This document shows positions 48,096 to 58,153 of a DNA stretch of 64,000 nt, piece after piece. How positions within the stretch are numbered: position 1 is the first letter of the stretch; each line of letters opens with the position of its first letter. The stretch is from Candidatus Latescibacterota bacterium (lineage in GTDB: Bacteria > Latescibacterota > UBA2968), in NCBI GenBank assembly GCA_965116885.1, contig OZ220741.1, positions 3,680,001-3,744,000 on the forward strand. The letters are read 5' to 3'. The notes under the pieces are model-generated. The model ran no database searches. It was not told the origin of the DNA and saw only the letters and a program-made list of their open reading frames with translations. The position numbers and the translations under genes are program-made.

Positions 48096-50051
48096 ATGGC
48101 CCTTTCATCCGAAATACAAGCTGAAGCATCTCCCGCGCCGGATACGATAACGTTTCGGTCTATTTTGTTGGGGCTGGTGACCATTGCGGTTGCGACGTGG
48201 TATATGAGCTATTTTGCGGGGAATTTGGTCAAGAGCTATTTGCCCGTAGCTGCTTTGATTCCCTTTGTGATGTGGGTGGGGATCAATGTGGGGTTGATTC
48301 ATTTCTCGCCGCGATTCGCGTTGTCCCGCATTGAGTTGCTTACGATTTTTTCGATGATGTGGATTGTCGGCAGTTTGCCAGCGGTGGGGTGGGGGTTTTA
48401 TGCGGTGAGTCTGATTCCGTCGCCCGAGTTTTTCGCATCGCCGGAGAACCGTCTGCGAGATGCGGTCATTCCCTTTTTGCCCAGGTGGTTCTTTTTGGAC
48501 GCCAATATACCCGATGTACGGGCGGTGTACACCGGGCGTCATCGCGGGGATCCCGTGCCGTGGTTGCTGTGGGTGCGGCCTTTTTTCTGGTGGTTTGTCG
48601 GCTGTATCAGCGCGGTGATGGCGGGATTTTTCGGCAGCGTGCTTTTTTTTAAGCAGTGGCAGGAGAAAGAGCGTCTGGTCTTTCCCATGTCCGAGTTTCC
48701 CGTGGCTTTGATCGAGGGCGCAGATGAAGGCCGCGTGCCCGCTGTGTTGCGAGACAAAATTTTCTGGATCGGGTTCTGGTGTGTGGCCGGTGTGATTTGC
48801 TGGAATATTGTGGGCTATTTTCAACTGAATATGCCGCGGATCACGATTTTTGATCACTATCTCACCAAAGCCGTGGATTTGGGACCGTATTTTCCTGCGT
48901 ATTATTTGCGCGTGCAACCGCTGATTATGGGTTTGGCATATCTTTGTCCGGCTGATATTTTGTTCAGTGTGTGGTTTTACAATGTGATCAATATTTTTAA
49001 GGTGGGGCTGCTGAACCGAACGGGCTTTACGGTGGGATTAGAGGGACAGCCCGCCAAGGCTGGCGAGATAGCGATGCTCGAGATGCACGGTGCGCTGGCG
49101 TGTCTGGTGCTGTGGTCGGTGTGGGTTGCGCGGAAGCACTTAAAGGAGACGGTGCAAAAGGCGTTGAACCGTTCCCGCGCCGTTGATGACGGTGTGCCCG
49201 TTACGTATCGCACGGCATGGGTTGGGCTGGGGTTGGCAACGGTTGGTGTCGGCGGCTGGATGATGTCTTCGGGGGTGGGGTTCTGGGCGATGGCGGGGCA
49301 ACTCATTCTGATGTTTATGTGTTATTTTGGCATTGCGAAATACGCGGCTGCAACCGGATTTACCTATCTCAATCCCGCTGGTGGTAAGGGCGTAGCGCTG
49401 ATTCACTCTGTAATTGGTACGTCGAGACTTTCGCCCACGTCGCAGTCGATGCTGATTTTGTTCAATCGCAATGTGTTTTTGGGAGCCTCAATCCGAACGA
49501 CCTGTCTGGCTGCTATTCCGCATATTTTTCGCATGTTTGGCAATTCGCTACGCCGGCATCCGTGGATATGGGGGATGGTGCCGCTGGCGTATTTGGTCGG
49601 GTATATGAGTGCGGGTGGTTTTTATTTGTTTCGGTGTTATGACGAAGGTGGGTTGAATGGGCTGCTGGTGTCGTGGCCTATGGATTCACTCATTTCGCGG
49701 GTGCCCTATATTGAGGGCAGTAAAATATCGGTTTTTGATACGCAAAAGCTCGGTGTGTGGTTGTTTGGTTTTGCAGAAGCAGGTGTTTTGACTTATTTGC
49801 GTTCGCAGTTTGCATGGTGGCCTTTCCATCCGGTCGCCATTGCGTTTCCGCCCGGGCGATATGCGTTTTGTTTGTTGCTCGTGTGGCTGGTGAAGGTGGC
49901 TGTGTTGCGATTTGGGGGCGTGCAGCTTTACAGGCGGTCGCTGCCGTTCTGGTATGGCGCGATTGTCGGGTATTTGTTTGGCATTGCGCTGTCGAGTGTT
50001 GTGGATGCGATCTGGTTTCCAGATGGCGGACATTTTGTTCACGGTTGGTAA
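48096..50051 (+). CDS. Polytopic membrane protein, DUF6785/DUF6784 (OPT-like putative transporter)
   Basis: Many TM segments, QWQEKERLVFP, WWPFHPV, LRFGGVQLYRR motifs. Confidence 0.75.
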   Translation: MALSSEIQAEASPAPDTITFRSILLGLVTIAVATWYMSYFAGNLVKSYLPVAALIPFVMWVGINVGLIHFSPRFALSRIELLTIFSMMWIVGSLPAVGWGFYAVSLIPSPEFFASPENRLRDAVIPFLPRWFFLDANIPDVRAVYTGRHRGDPVPWLLWVRPFFWWFVGCISAVMAGFFGSVLFFKQWQEKERLVFPMSEFPVALIEGADEGRVPAVLRDKIFWIGFWCVAGVICWNIVGYFQLNMPRITIFDHYLTKAVDLGPYFPAYYLRVQPLIMGLAYLCPADILFSVWFYNVINIFKVGLLNRTGFTVGLEGQPAKAGEIAMLEMHGALACLVLWSVWVARKHLKETVQKALNRSRAVDDGVPVTYRTAWVGLGLATVGVGGWMMSSGVGFWAMAGQLILMFMCYFGIAKYAAATGFTYLNPAGGKGVALIHSVIGTSRLSPTSQSMLILFNRNVFLGASIRTTCLAAIPHIFRMFGNSLRRHPWIWGMVPLAYLVGYMSAGGFYLFRCYDEGGLNGLLVSWPMDSLISRVPYIEGSKISVFDTQKLGVWLFGFAEAGVLTYLRSQFAWWPFHPVAIAFPPGRYAFCLLLVWLVKVAVLRFGGVQLYRRSLPFWYGAIVGYLFGIALSSVVDAIWFPDGGHFVHGW

Positions 50052-50052
50052 T

Positions 50053-50098
50053 AGGAATTAAGAATTAAGAATTAGGAATGATCTCAATTTTTAATTCT
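50053..50098 (+). repeat. Heptamer tandem repeat (A(A/G)GAATT x4) followed by a partial inverted copy
   Basis: AGGAATT AAGAATT AAGAATT AGGAATG ... AATTTTTAATTCT. Confidence 0.8.
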
Positions 50099-50115
50099 CT
50101 TTTGGGGGTGTGATT

Positions 50116-52332
50116 ATGTCTGATGCAGAAGTAAAAAAGTTATATGGGAGTGCGACAGTGAGTCCGTCGGAAGATGTGGTGGCCGGGTCCTGTGGCACCT
50201 GGACGCTGACTTATACGGCGGGGGAAAAAGGAATTGCGAGGGGTGGGACGATTCGTATTTATACGGATGCGGATTCGGACCGCGCAACGCCTCAGATGGA
50301 TGATCCTGCAGGGGCAGATTATTTGACGGTTGACGCGCCGAGAGAAGCGCGTGTTGGTGCGCTGGTGCAGAGTATGATGTCGATTTTGCTGACTGTAAAT
50401 GGGCGCGCTTTGGCAGCGGGTGAGGAGGTCTCGGTGACTTATGGCGATACAACGGGTGGGGGACCGGGGTTTCGGTCGCAGACCTTTGCCGAGGCGCAGC
50501 ACTTTTTCTGGGTGGCTGTCGATGCGGGAGATGGCGAGGTTGAGATATTGCCCAATCCGCCGTCTTTGTGCATTGTGGGGGGCGAGGCTGTGAAGCTGGT
50601 GATCAATGCGCCGTCTATTGTCGAGTCTGGCAAACCGTTTCGCATTCAGGTCAAGGCCGAAGATGCATGGGGGAATTCTGCGGTTTCTTATCGCGGGGAT
50701 GTGGCGCTCAACGGCAATGATGTGCGCGTGCCGCAAACTGTAAGTTTTGGCGATGCAGATGGGGGCGTGCGGTGGATGGATGAGTGTGTGGTAGAGCGCG
50801 GGGGAGTTCACCGTATCGATGCGGAAGATGGTACACTGGTCGCGCAGAGCAATCCGATTGCGTGCCGCAATGCAGCACCGCAATTCGCGTTGTATTGGGG
50901 GGACTCACACGGCGGTCAGGTGGCTATGGCGGAGAAGATTCCCGATTTTTTCAGGTACGCGCGAGATGTTGCAGCGATTCACTTTGCGGGGTATCAGCGC
51001 AATGATCACGTTTTGAGCAAAAGCGATTGGGTGTTGCAACAAGAGACAGAACGCGCGTATAATCAGCCTGGGCAATTTGTCGCTTTGCCGGGCTTTGAGT
51101 GGTCGGCACAAACCACGCGGGGCGGGCATCACAACGTGTATTTTCGGCGGCACGATCAGCCGATTCGTCGATCTGGACATGAGGGTTTGGCTGACAAGTC
51201 GGACGAAGATACGGATTTGAGGCATATTACAGAGGTCTATGAAGCGTATCGCGGGACGGATACGGTAATTACGGCTCATGTGGGTGGCGAGCATTCCGAT
51301 TTGCAATACCACGATCCCTATCTGGAACCCGCTGTGGAAGTGACATCGGATCACGGGACATTTGAGTGGATTTTGCAGGAGACACTTGAGCGCGATTATC
51401 GCATGGGATTTTTTGGCGGGAGCGATAGCCACAACGGGCGACCGGGCGGCGATACGCCGGGTTTTCAACACCGCCGTTATGCCAAGGCGGGATTGGCTGC
51501 GGTTTATGCGCCCGAGTTGACGATTGAGAGTGTTCTGGATGCGTACAAAGCGAGGCGGATTTACGCGACGACAGGTGCGCGAATTTTGTTGCATACTTCG
51601 TGCGAAGACCATTTGATGGGGGAGGAGTTCACAACGGGAAATACACCGCATATCTCGGCTTTTGTGGCGGGTACTGCGCCGTATGAATCTGTGGAATTGT
51701 TCCGCGGATTGGAACGGATTTATAGCCATCCGATTGAAGGAAAAAAAGACCGCACTCGCGTGCGTATTTTGTGGGAGGGCGCGAGTCGCAAGAGCAGTTA
51801 TTCCGGGGTGATCTGGGAGGGGACCCTGAGGGTGTCGGGGCGTGCGATTAATGGTGTTGAAAAGATTCGGTTTGACAGCCCGCGCTCTCGCGTTTTTGAT
51901 GTGACCGATGAGGGGGTGCGCTGGTACTCTGTGGCGTGTGGGTATCGCAGTGGTATTATTCTCGATCTGCCGGGCGATGGCGACGTGGATATCGAATGCG
52001 TGGTGAATACTTCGGTTATTACTGGGCCCTTGTTCGGCGATCAGGGTATTAAGCCGCCGAGGCGCATGTCTTATGCGCCGGCTGAAAAGGTCGGATTTCA
52101 CGTTGGGGCAAGTGATCTGGAAAATGGTCCGGTGACAATGGAACTCGGGCCATTGAATCGGCGCGTGACAATTGACTACGCGCCCGAGGCACAGGCTGCG
52201 GGTGAAGTATCGTTCGATTTTACCGATGAAAACGCAAAGCCGGGCATCAATCCGTATTATGTTCGCGTGGTGCAAACCGATATGGAGATGGCCTGGAGCA
52301 GTCCAATTTTTGTGGATTATGCCGTGGATTAA
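50116..52332 (+). CDS. DUF3604-type PHP-like metallohydrolase with Ig-like flanking domains
   Basis: YWGDSHG, GFEWS...GHHNV, GGSDSHNGRPG, YATTGARI, AWSSPIF. Confidence 0.78.
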   Translation: MSDAEVKKLYGSATVSPSEDVVAGSCGTWTLTYTAGEKGIARGGTIRIYTDADSDRATPQMDDPAGADYLTVDAPREARVGALVQSMMSILLTVNGRALAAGEEVSVTYGDTTGGGPGFRSQTFAEAQHFFWVAVDAGDGEVEILPNPPSLCIVGGEAVKLVINAPSIVESGKPFRIQVKAEDAWGNSAVSYRGDVALNGNDVRVPQTVSFGDADGGVRWMDECVVERGGVHRIDAEDGTLVAQSNPIACRNAAPQFALYWGDSHGGQVAMAEKIPDFFRYARDVAAIHFAGYQRNDHVLSKSDWVLQQETERAYNQPGQFVALPGFEWSAQTTRGGHHNVYFRRHDQPIRRSGHEGLADKSDEDTDLRHITEVYEAYRGTDTVITAHVGGEHSDLQYHDPYLEPAVEVTSDHGTFEWILQETLERDYRMGFFGGSDSHNGRPGGDTPGFQHRRYAKAGLAAVYAPELTIESVLDAYKARRIYATTGARILLHTSCEDHLMGEEFTTGNTPHISAFVAGTAPYESVELFRGLERIYSHPIEGKKDRTRVRILWEGASRKSSYSGVIWEGTLRVSGRAINGVEKIRFDSPRSRVFDVTDEGVRWYSVACGYRSGIILDLPGDGDVDIECVVNTSVITGPLFGDQGIKPPRRMSYAPAEKVGFHVGASDLENGPVTMELGPLNRRVTIDYAPEAQAAGEVSFDFTDENAKPGINPYYVRVVQTDMEMAWSSPIFVDYAVD

Positions 52333-52343
52333 GGAGGATTAAA

Positions 52344-53138
52344 ATGGATGTGACGCGCGTTTCGGCGTGTAGTTTTCCGCTTCGGGAAAAGGATCTGGAT
52401 TATACTTTCAAGGTGATTTCCGAAGCGGGGTTTGACAAAATTGATCTGGTGGGGCGTATGCCGCACTTTTCGGTGACGGACCCCGATTACGATATGGACG
52501 AACTGCGTCGGGTATGCGATAAGTACGGCGTGGCGTTGGCAAATATCGGGTCGTACTGCGGTCGAGATTTTATTGCCGCTTCGGAGGATGATAGGCAGGC
52601 GGCAATGGATGAGATGAAAAAGACGCTGGATGTGGGGAAGGCGTTTGGTTCAAAGTCCATTCGCATTATGCCGGGTGATGGCAAACGCGCTTCGATTGAT
52701 ACGATAGTACCCTATTTTCAGAAATCTGCGGAATACGCCGAGAAATTGGGTATTTACATGGGGATTGAAAATCACGGTACTGAAATTTCTGGCAATCCAG
52801 AGGCTTGTCAGGAGATTTGTGAGAAGGTCGATTCAGAGTATTTTGGGATTTTGTACGAGCCGTGCAATTTGATGGCTGCTGGTGCAGATTATAAGTCCGC
52901 TTTTGATGTGTTTAAGGATTATATCGTGCATGTGCATATCAAGGATGGTGATTACAACTCGGAAGGGAAGTGGGAGCGTTGCATGCTCGGTGACGGTATT
53001 ATCGATTATCACTGGGTGTGGGATCAGGTGGAAGCACTGGGCTACGATCGGGATTACGCACTGGAGTTTGAGGTGGGCGATATCGAACCCGTTGAGACGG
53101 GGTACCGGAAGTGGTATGAGACGTGGGAGAAGGCGTAG
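52344..53138 (+). CDS. Sugar phosphate isomerase/epimerase (TIM barrel)
   Basis: IENHG, EPCN, HVHIKDG, LEFE. Confidence 0.85.
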   Translation: MDVTRVSACSFPLREKDLDYTFKVISEAGFDKIDLVGRMPHFSVTDPDYDMDELRRVCDKYGVALANIGSYCGRDFIAASEDDRQAAMDEMKKTLDVGKAFGSKSIRIMPGDGKRASIDTIVPYFQKSAEYAEKLGIYMGIENHGTEISGNPEACQEICEKVDSEYFGILYEPCNLMAAGADYKSAFDVFKDYIVHVHIKDGDYNSEGKWERCMLGDGIIDYHWVWDQVEALGYDRDYALEFEVGDIEPVETGYRKWYETWEKA

Positions 53139-53180
53139 GAAGTTTGAAGTCGGAAGTGTAAAGGGAGAAGTGTGAAGCAT
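53139..53180 (+). repeat. Heptamer tandem repeat (GAAGTnn, 6 degenerate units)
   Basis: GAAGTTT GAAGTCG GAAGTGT AAAGGGA GAAGTGT GAAGCAT immediately after the stop codon. Confidence 0.7.
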
Positions 53181-53266
53181 TACGCCGTAGGAGCGGTATC
53201 TTTGCCGCGACTGCTACGACGAAGAGTGAAGGGGTCGGTGGGGGCTGAGGCTGTTCGCTGGCTGCC

Positions 53267-53941
53267 TCACAATAGCTCAATTGCCACGTTGAGGCTGGGG
53301 AGTATGTGGTCGGCAGTGTCGTGATTTTGATGTGCGGTAAAGAAATTGGGTACGGCGAAGACGGTCATGCCAGCGGCTTTTCCAGATTGTACGCCAGCCT
53401 CGCTGTCTTCAAATACGACACAGGTTTCGGGTGGGACATTGAGTTTTGCTGCGGTTTTGAGGTAGATTTCCGGGTCGGGTTTGGTGCGGGTGACGTCGCT
53501 GCCCGAAAAAATAGCGCCAAAGATGTCGTGGAGTGCGCTGGCATTTACGTGGGGCAAGACGCCGTTTTGGAGCGTAGCGCGCATGCGCTGACGCGGTGTA
53601 GATGATGCAATGCCGAGTTTGTAGTGTTTGTTTTGAAGGTGCGATAGCAGGTCGAGAAAGCCAGGCATGAGGTCAATTTGATCGGGATCTGATATTGCGG
53701 TTTCAAAGCGGGTCATCCACGATTCGTGAAAGTCTTCGGGACGGATCGACAAGTCGTATTGTTTGACGGCGTCTGCGCTGTTGTTTTCCACGGGATGTCC
53801 AACGCAGCGCACATAACCTTCGCGCGGTATGTCAATTCCCAGTTCGTTGAGTGTCTGGTTATAGGTGTTGTAATAAATATTTTCCGTATCGACAATCAGG
53901 CCGTCCATATCAAATATGACGGCCTGGTATGGTTTCTGCAT
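53267..53941 (-). CDS. HAD-IA phosphatase (beta-PGM-like)
   Basis: IFDMDGLIVDTE, IASST, KPDPEIY, FEDSEAG. Confidence 0.9.
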   Translation of the reverse strand: MQKPYQAVIFDMDGLIVDTENIYYNTYNQTLNELGIDIPREGYVRCVGHPVENNSADAVKQYDLSIRPEDFHESWMTRFETAISDPDQIDLMPGFLDLLSHLQNKHYKLGIASSTPRQRMRATLQNGVLPHVNASALHDIFGAIFSGSDVTRTKPDPEIYLKTAAKLNVPPETCVVFEDSEAGVQSGKAAGMTVFAVPNFFTAHQNHDTADHILPSLNVAIELL

Positions 53942-53957
53942 TTATTTTTTTCTCCGA

Positions 53958-55883
53958 TCAATATTCAATGGGTTCTCGCGCGACGACGCGCTGGGCGGTT
54001 GCTGCGATTGCTTCGGGTGAGATGCCCGCTTCGTCGCGCAGCGCGCCCTGTGAGCCGTGTTGGAAAAAGCGATCGGGAATGCCCAGGGTGTGTACGCGCT
54101 GGCCTTCTCGCATCTGGTCGCTCAAATAACGCGCAACGCCCGATCCGAATCCGCCTTCAATGGTATTTTCTTCAACGGTGATCAGCACCTGATAGCGGTC
54201 GGCGAGATCGTCGAGCATTTCCAGGTCCATGGGTTTGACAAATCGGCAATTGATCACTGCGGCAGAAATGCCGTCTTTCAGGAGTTTTTTCCGCGCCTGG
54301 CAGGCGTGATCTACCATTGTGCCCACTGCGAGGAATACCAGATCCTCACCATCGGCCAATGCTTCCCAGGAACCGATTTTCAAGACTTCGGGTTCGCGTC
54401 CTGTAAGCGGGGTATGCACGTTGCCGCGGGGATACCGAATGGCAAATGGGTTATCGACTTGCTGCACCGCCGTGTATAACAAATCGCGCAATTCGTCGCC
54501 GTCTTTTGGCGCGGTTACAATCATATTGGGTACGCAGGTTAAATAGGACAGGTCAAAATCGCCGTGATGCGTGGGGCCATCTGCACCCACTAATCCGGCG
54601 CGGTCCATGCAGAAAATCACCGGTGCCGATTGCAGGGCGACATCGTGGATGATCTGGTCGTAAGCCCGTTGCAAAAATGTGGAATAAATCGCTGCGACGG
54701 GGCGCATGCCCTCGAGTGCCATTCCGGTTGAAAATGTCACGGCGTGCTGTTCGGCAATGCCCACATCAAAAAAGCGGTCGGGATGTGCTTCGGAAAAAAT
54801 GTCCAGGCTCGTGCCTTCGGACATTGCGGCTGTCACGCCTACAATGCGGCTGTCATTATTGGCAAGCTCGATCATTGCCTCGCCAAAAACCGTCTGATAT
54901 TTGGGCAGCGGGGTTTTGGGTGATGGCGGGCTGATCGAATGATATTTTATCGAAGCGGCACTATACGGGTCTTCCTCATCTTCTTGAATTGCGCCCTTGC
55001 CCTTAATGGTGTGTACGTGTAAGAGCACAGGCCCCTTCAGATCCCGCACATTTTTCAGGGTTTTTACCATCTCTTCCAGATTGTTGCCGTCCAGAGGTCC
55101 CAGGTACAAAAATCCCAGTTCTTCAAAAAGAATGCCCGGTACCAGCAGGCCCTTTAATCCCTCTTCGAACCCACTCAGTGCGCGTCGCAGATTTTCGCCT
55201 ACGACGGGAATGCGCCCGGCCAAATTCCAGACTTCTCTTTTGATTTTTTTGTAAAGCGGATCATTTGTAATGCGATCTCTAACGCGATTGTAAATCGGAT
55301 CGGTGATAATGCGCGTCAAATAATGCGAAATAGCACCGACATTGGGCGAGATTGACATGCGATTGTCATTGAGAATGACGAGCAGGTCGCGATTGGATGC
55401 ACCGGCATTGTTCAATCCTTCAAGCGCGATCCCACTCGTTATGGCGCCATCGCCAATAACGGCGACTACTTTGTGTTTTTCGCCCATCAAATCGCGCTGT
55501 GCCGCAAATCCCAGTGCTGCGGAGATCGACGTGCCCGCATGTCCTACGGCAAATGTGTCGTACGGACTCTCTGATCGCATCGGGAACCCACTGATGCCGC
55601 CCGGCTGGCGAATGGTTTTGAGTGCTTCGCGTCGCCCGGTAAGCACTTTGTGCCCGTACGCCTGATGCCCCACATCCCACACAATTTTGTCCTGAGGCGT
55701 GTTGTATAGATGGTGCAAAGCCACCGTCAATTCCGCCGCTCCCAGGCTGGAACCAAAATGTCCACCAATCTCTGTCACCACGTCAATGATATATTGCCGC
55801 AATTCCGCACAGACCTGGTGCAATTCTTCTATTGATAGGGACTTTAAGTCGTCAGGTGAATTGATTGTTTCGAGAAGGGACAT
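53958..55883 (-). CDS. dxs: 1-deoxy-D-xylulose-5-phosphate synthase
   Basis: GGHFGSSLG, WDVGHQAY, GDGA...NDN, IAEQHAV, DRAGLVGADGPTH. Confidence 0.98.
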   Translation of the reverse strand: MSLLETINSPDDLKSLSIEELHQVCAELRQYIIDVVTEIGGHFGSSLGAAELTVALHHLYNTPQDKIVWDVGHQAYGHKVLTGRREALKTIRQPGGISGFPMRSESPYDTFAVGHAGTSISAALGFAAQRDLMGEKHKVVAVIGDGAITSGIALEGLNNAGASNRDLLVILNDNRMSISPNVGAISHYLTRIITDPIYNRVRDRITNDPLYKKIKREVWNLAGRIPVVGENLRRALSGFEEGLKGLLVPGILFEELGFLYLGPLDGNNLEEMVKTLKNVRDLKGPVLLHVHTIKGKGAIQEDEEDPYSAASIKYHSISPPSPKTPLPKYQTVFGEAMIELANNDSRIVGVTAAMSEGTSLDIFSEAHPDRFFDVGIAEQHAVTFSTGMALEGMRPVAAIYSTFLQRAYDQIIHDVALQSAPVIFCMDRAGLVGADGPTHHGDFDLSYLTCVPNMIVTAPKDGDELRDLLYTAVQQVDNPFAIRYPRGNVHTPLTGREPEVLKIGSWEALADGEDLVFLAVGTMVDHACQARKKLLKDGISAAVINCRFVKPMDLEMLDDLADRYQVLITVEENTIEGGFGSGVARYLSDQMREGQRVHTLGIPDRFFQHGSQGALRDEAGISPEAIAATAQRVVAREPIEY

Positions 55884-55987
55884 GATGTCTCTCCTTGTGA
55901 CAGGGTCAGAAATGCTGTCCGCAACATATGTTTAATATAAGCAACACCTGAAAAATCACAAAGTTCTAAAAAAGAAACGATAAATAC

Positions 55988-56025
55988 AAAATCGGGCATG
56001 CCGAGTTAGTCGATATGCCCGATTT
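55988..56025 (-). terminator. Hairpin terminator after the SDR gene
   Basis: AAATCGGGCAT...ATGCCCGATTT inverted repeat. Confidence 0.65.
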
Positions 56026-56039
56026 CATTGTGCAAGAGC

Positions 56040-56819
56040 TCAAAAATCCGTGGGTCTTCCCTGCGCGCCGTCAACGGGAATGGACGCGCCGTTGATCCAA
56101 CTCGCGCGGTCAGATGATAGAAATACGACGACATCGGCGACTTCGAAGTCCGTGCCGAGTCGCTGTGCGGGAAATTCGCGCGTGCGGAATATTTCGTATT
56201 CTTCCGGTGTTTCGTTTTGGAATCGCTCCCAACCGCCACCGGGAAAAAGGAGCGAGCCAGGGCAGACTGTGTTGACGCGGATGTTGTGGGCTGCCAATTC
56301 CCACGCGAGTGCGCCCGCGAGAAATATTTCACCCGCTTTGGTTGCGCCGTATTGCGCGCCCCGGTTTGCGGGTTTCCAGCCCGAGATAGAAGAGATAGTG
56401 ACAATACTGCCGCCATTTCTTTTTTTCATGTGGAGAACAGCCACACGGCTGGCGCGAACCGCGTGAAAAAGGTTGAGGTCAAAGGTTTGCTGCCAGTCGG
56501 CGTCTGTGGAGGTGAGCAGTTCGCGCGATCCCGCTGTCCCGCCCACATTGTTGACGAGGATATCGACGCCGCCGAGTCTATCTGCGGCTGCATTGACAAA
56601 TCGCTCGGTTTCGCCGGGTTCGGCTACATCGAGCGCGAGTCCAAATGCCTCGACGTCGTGTGCGCGAATTTCTTCGAGAGTTTTGTCTATGCCCGCTTGC
56701 CCGCGCGCGCACAAGGCAATGTTGCAACCTTCTGCGGCAAATCGCAATGCGGTTGCGCGACCAATGCCGCGACTGCCCCCGGTGATGAGGGCGACTTTAT
56801 CGGTGAGATTGAGGTCCAT
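56040..56819 (-). CDS. Short-chain dehydrogenase/reductase
   Basis: TGGSRGIG, NNVGG, YGATK, IRVNTVCPG. Confidence 0.92.
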   Translation of the reverse strand: MDLNLTDKVALITGGSRGIGRATALRFAAEGCNIALCARGQAGIDKTLEEIRAHDVEAFGLALDVAEPGETERFVNAAADRLGGVDILVNNVGGTAGSRELLTSTDADWQQTFDLNLFHAVRASRVAVLHMKKRNGGSIVTISSISGWKPANRGAQYGATKAGEIFLAGALAWELAAHNIRVNTVCPGSLLFPGGGWERFQNETPEEYEIFRTREFPAQRLGTDFEVADVVVFLSSDRASWINGASIPVDGAQGRPTDF

Positions 56820-56822
56820 GAT

Positions 56823-57992
56823 TTAATCCTGTTCAACCTTCGGTGGATGGGCGAAGTCGTGATACCGCTCGCGGATATTGCCATCGGTGGCGTCGCCTTT
56901 GTGAAAATAATAGCGATAAATACCGACGAGCGACTCGCCCTGCGAGAGTGTGTGATGACCCCGGCGGCTTTCATCGCCATAAAAATACGAGTGTCCAAAA
57001 GGATTGGCTGTCATCAACCCATAATTGCGCACATGCCAGTGCGTGGGGTGCCGGAAGCTGTCGGGGTGATCCATGATGGCAACGCCTGTTATATTGCCAT
57101 TTACTGGACCTGAGTAATGACACCACGGCGCGCGTTTTCCCCAGGTTTCGTCTTCATCAATGCCGCCAATGCCGTTCTCGATTTTCCCGCCCAGGTCGCG
57201 CTTGACCTCCATTGTCTCTTCCACGCGGATAGACGCCAGGCCGCCTTCTTTTGTGTCGCCGAATAACACATCCATATTTCGGGCGGTGAGCGTGAGGTGC
57301 AAATCCATGATTCGCACGGAAGATGGCGTGTTGTACACAACCCACTCTGCACGCTGATCCAAAATCTCGCGATTTCTGCCCGGAGGTCCTGTCCAACCAT
57401 CCATGCCGACCCAGTCGCTATTCGATACAATCCGCCCCAGGACAGGTCCGCTTTCGAGCAATTCAAAGTCTCGATGCAAAATCCGCCCGTGCGATTCGCC
57501 TTCTGACCAGTTGTCCGCTCCGTTCACTTCTCCGTGTGCAATCCAGATTGAGCGATGGTGATGGTGATCCATTTCTCGTCCGTCTGCCGGCGTGGCCAAC
57601 CGCCGCGTTACCGGGTCGCCATAAGGTCCGATGACGGGATACAAAAGTGGTCGTGCGAGTTCTGTGCCATGACAATAGGTCGTAAAATGCTGGCCGCCAA
57701 TCGAGACAGATACTTCATTTTTACCTTGTGTGACTTCTACATTGTGCCCGGAGTCCGCTGGTTCTTTTCCCAGTGTGAGTTCGTACTCTGCGGTTTGGCC
57801 CGCTCCGAGATTATCGACAATGAAATTGACCTGCAAACCATCGCTCACGGGCGTTACCTGACAGGGAACTTCGCTATCTCCCGCGCTCAGGGTTGCTGTT
57901 GTCGCGCTTTCTGTTGTTTCGACCACCGTCGAAACCGGACAGTTGATCCGATTGTGAGGGCCTGCGTGAACGGTTAGTTTTACTGTTGCCAT
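56823..57992 (-). CDS. DUF6807 (PF14100 'PmoA'-named) putative carbohydrate-processing protein
   Basis: RPLLYPV, DHHHHRSIW, FGDTKEGG, WGKRAPW, WHVRNYGLMTANPF. ATG 57992 has a GGAGG RBS. Confidence 0.75.
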   Translation of the reverse strand: MATVKLTVHAGPHNRINCPVSTVVETTESATTATLSAGDSEVPCQVTPVSDGLQVNFIVDNLGAGQTAEYELTLGKEPADSGHNVEVTQGKNEVSVSIGGQHFTTYCHGTELARPLLYPVIGPYGDPVTRRLATPADGREMDHHHHRSIWIAHGEVNGADNWSEGESHGRILHRDFELLESGPVLGRIVSNSDWVGMDGWTGPPGRNREILDQRAEWVVYNTPSSVRIMDLHLTLTARNMDVLFGDTKEGGLASIRVEETMEVKRDLGGKIENGIGGIDEDETWGKRAPWCHYSGPVNGNITGVAIMDHPDSFRHPTHWHVRNYGLMTANPFGHSYFYGDESRRGHHTLSQGESLVGIYRYYFHKGDATDGNIRERYHDFAHPPKVEQD

Positions 57993-58081
57993 TTTATCCT
58001 CCGTAATAGTGATATAAGAACATATGTCGTGTATGAGGTTACGAAATCCATTGCCAAAGTCAAGCCTTTCGCACAAAGCCG

Positions 58082-58110
58082 TTGACATCCCCCATGGGGG
58101 CAATTATCAT
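58082..58110 (+). promoter_or_regulatory. Sigma70-type promoter
   Basis: TTGACA, 17 nt spacer containing palindrome CCCCCATGGGGG, TATCAT. Confidence 0.65.
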
Positions 58111-58153
58111 AGGGCCGAAAAATTGTCATTATTTATTTTATCTGGAGATTAAT

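Noticed and set aside
50905..52275. 456 aa minus-strand ORF
   Set aside because: Antisense shadow of the DUF3604 gene, no motifs
56823..57992. Particulate methane monooxygenase subunit PmoA
   Set aside because: Soluble beta-rich protein with no TM helices and no pmoB/pmoC. The family name is misleading
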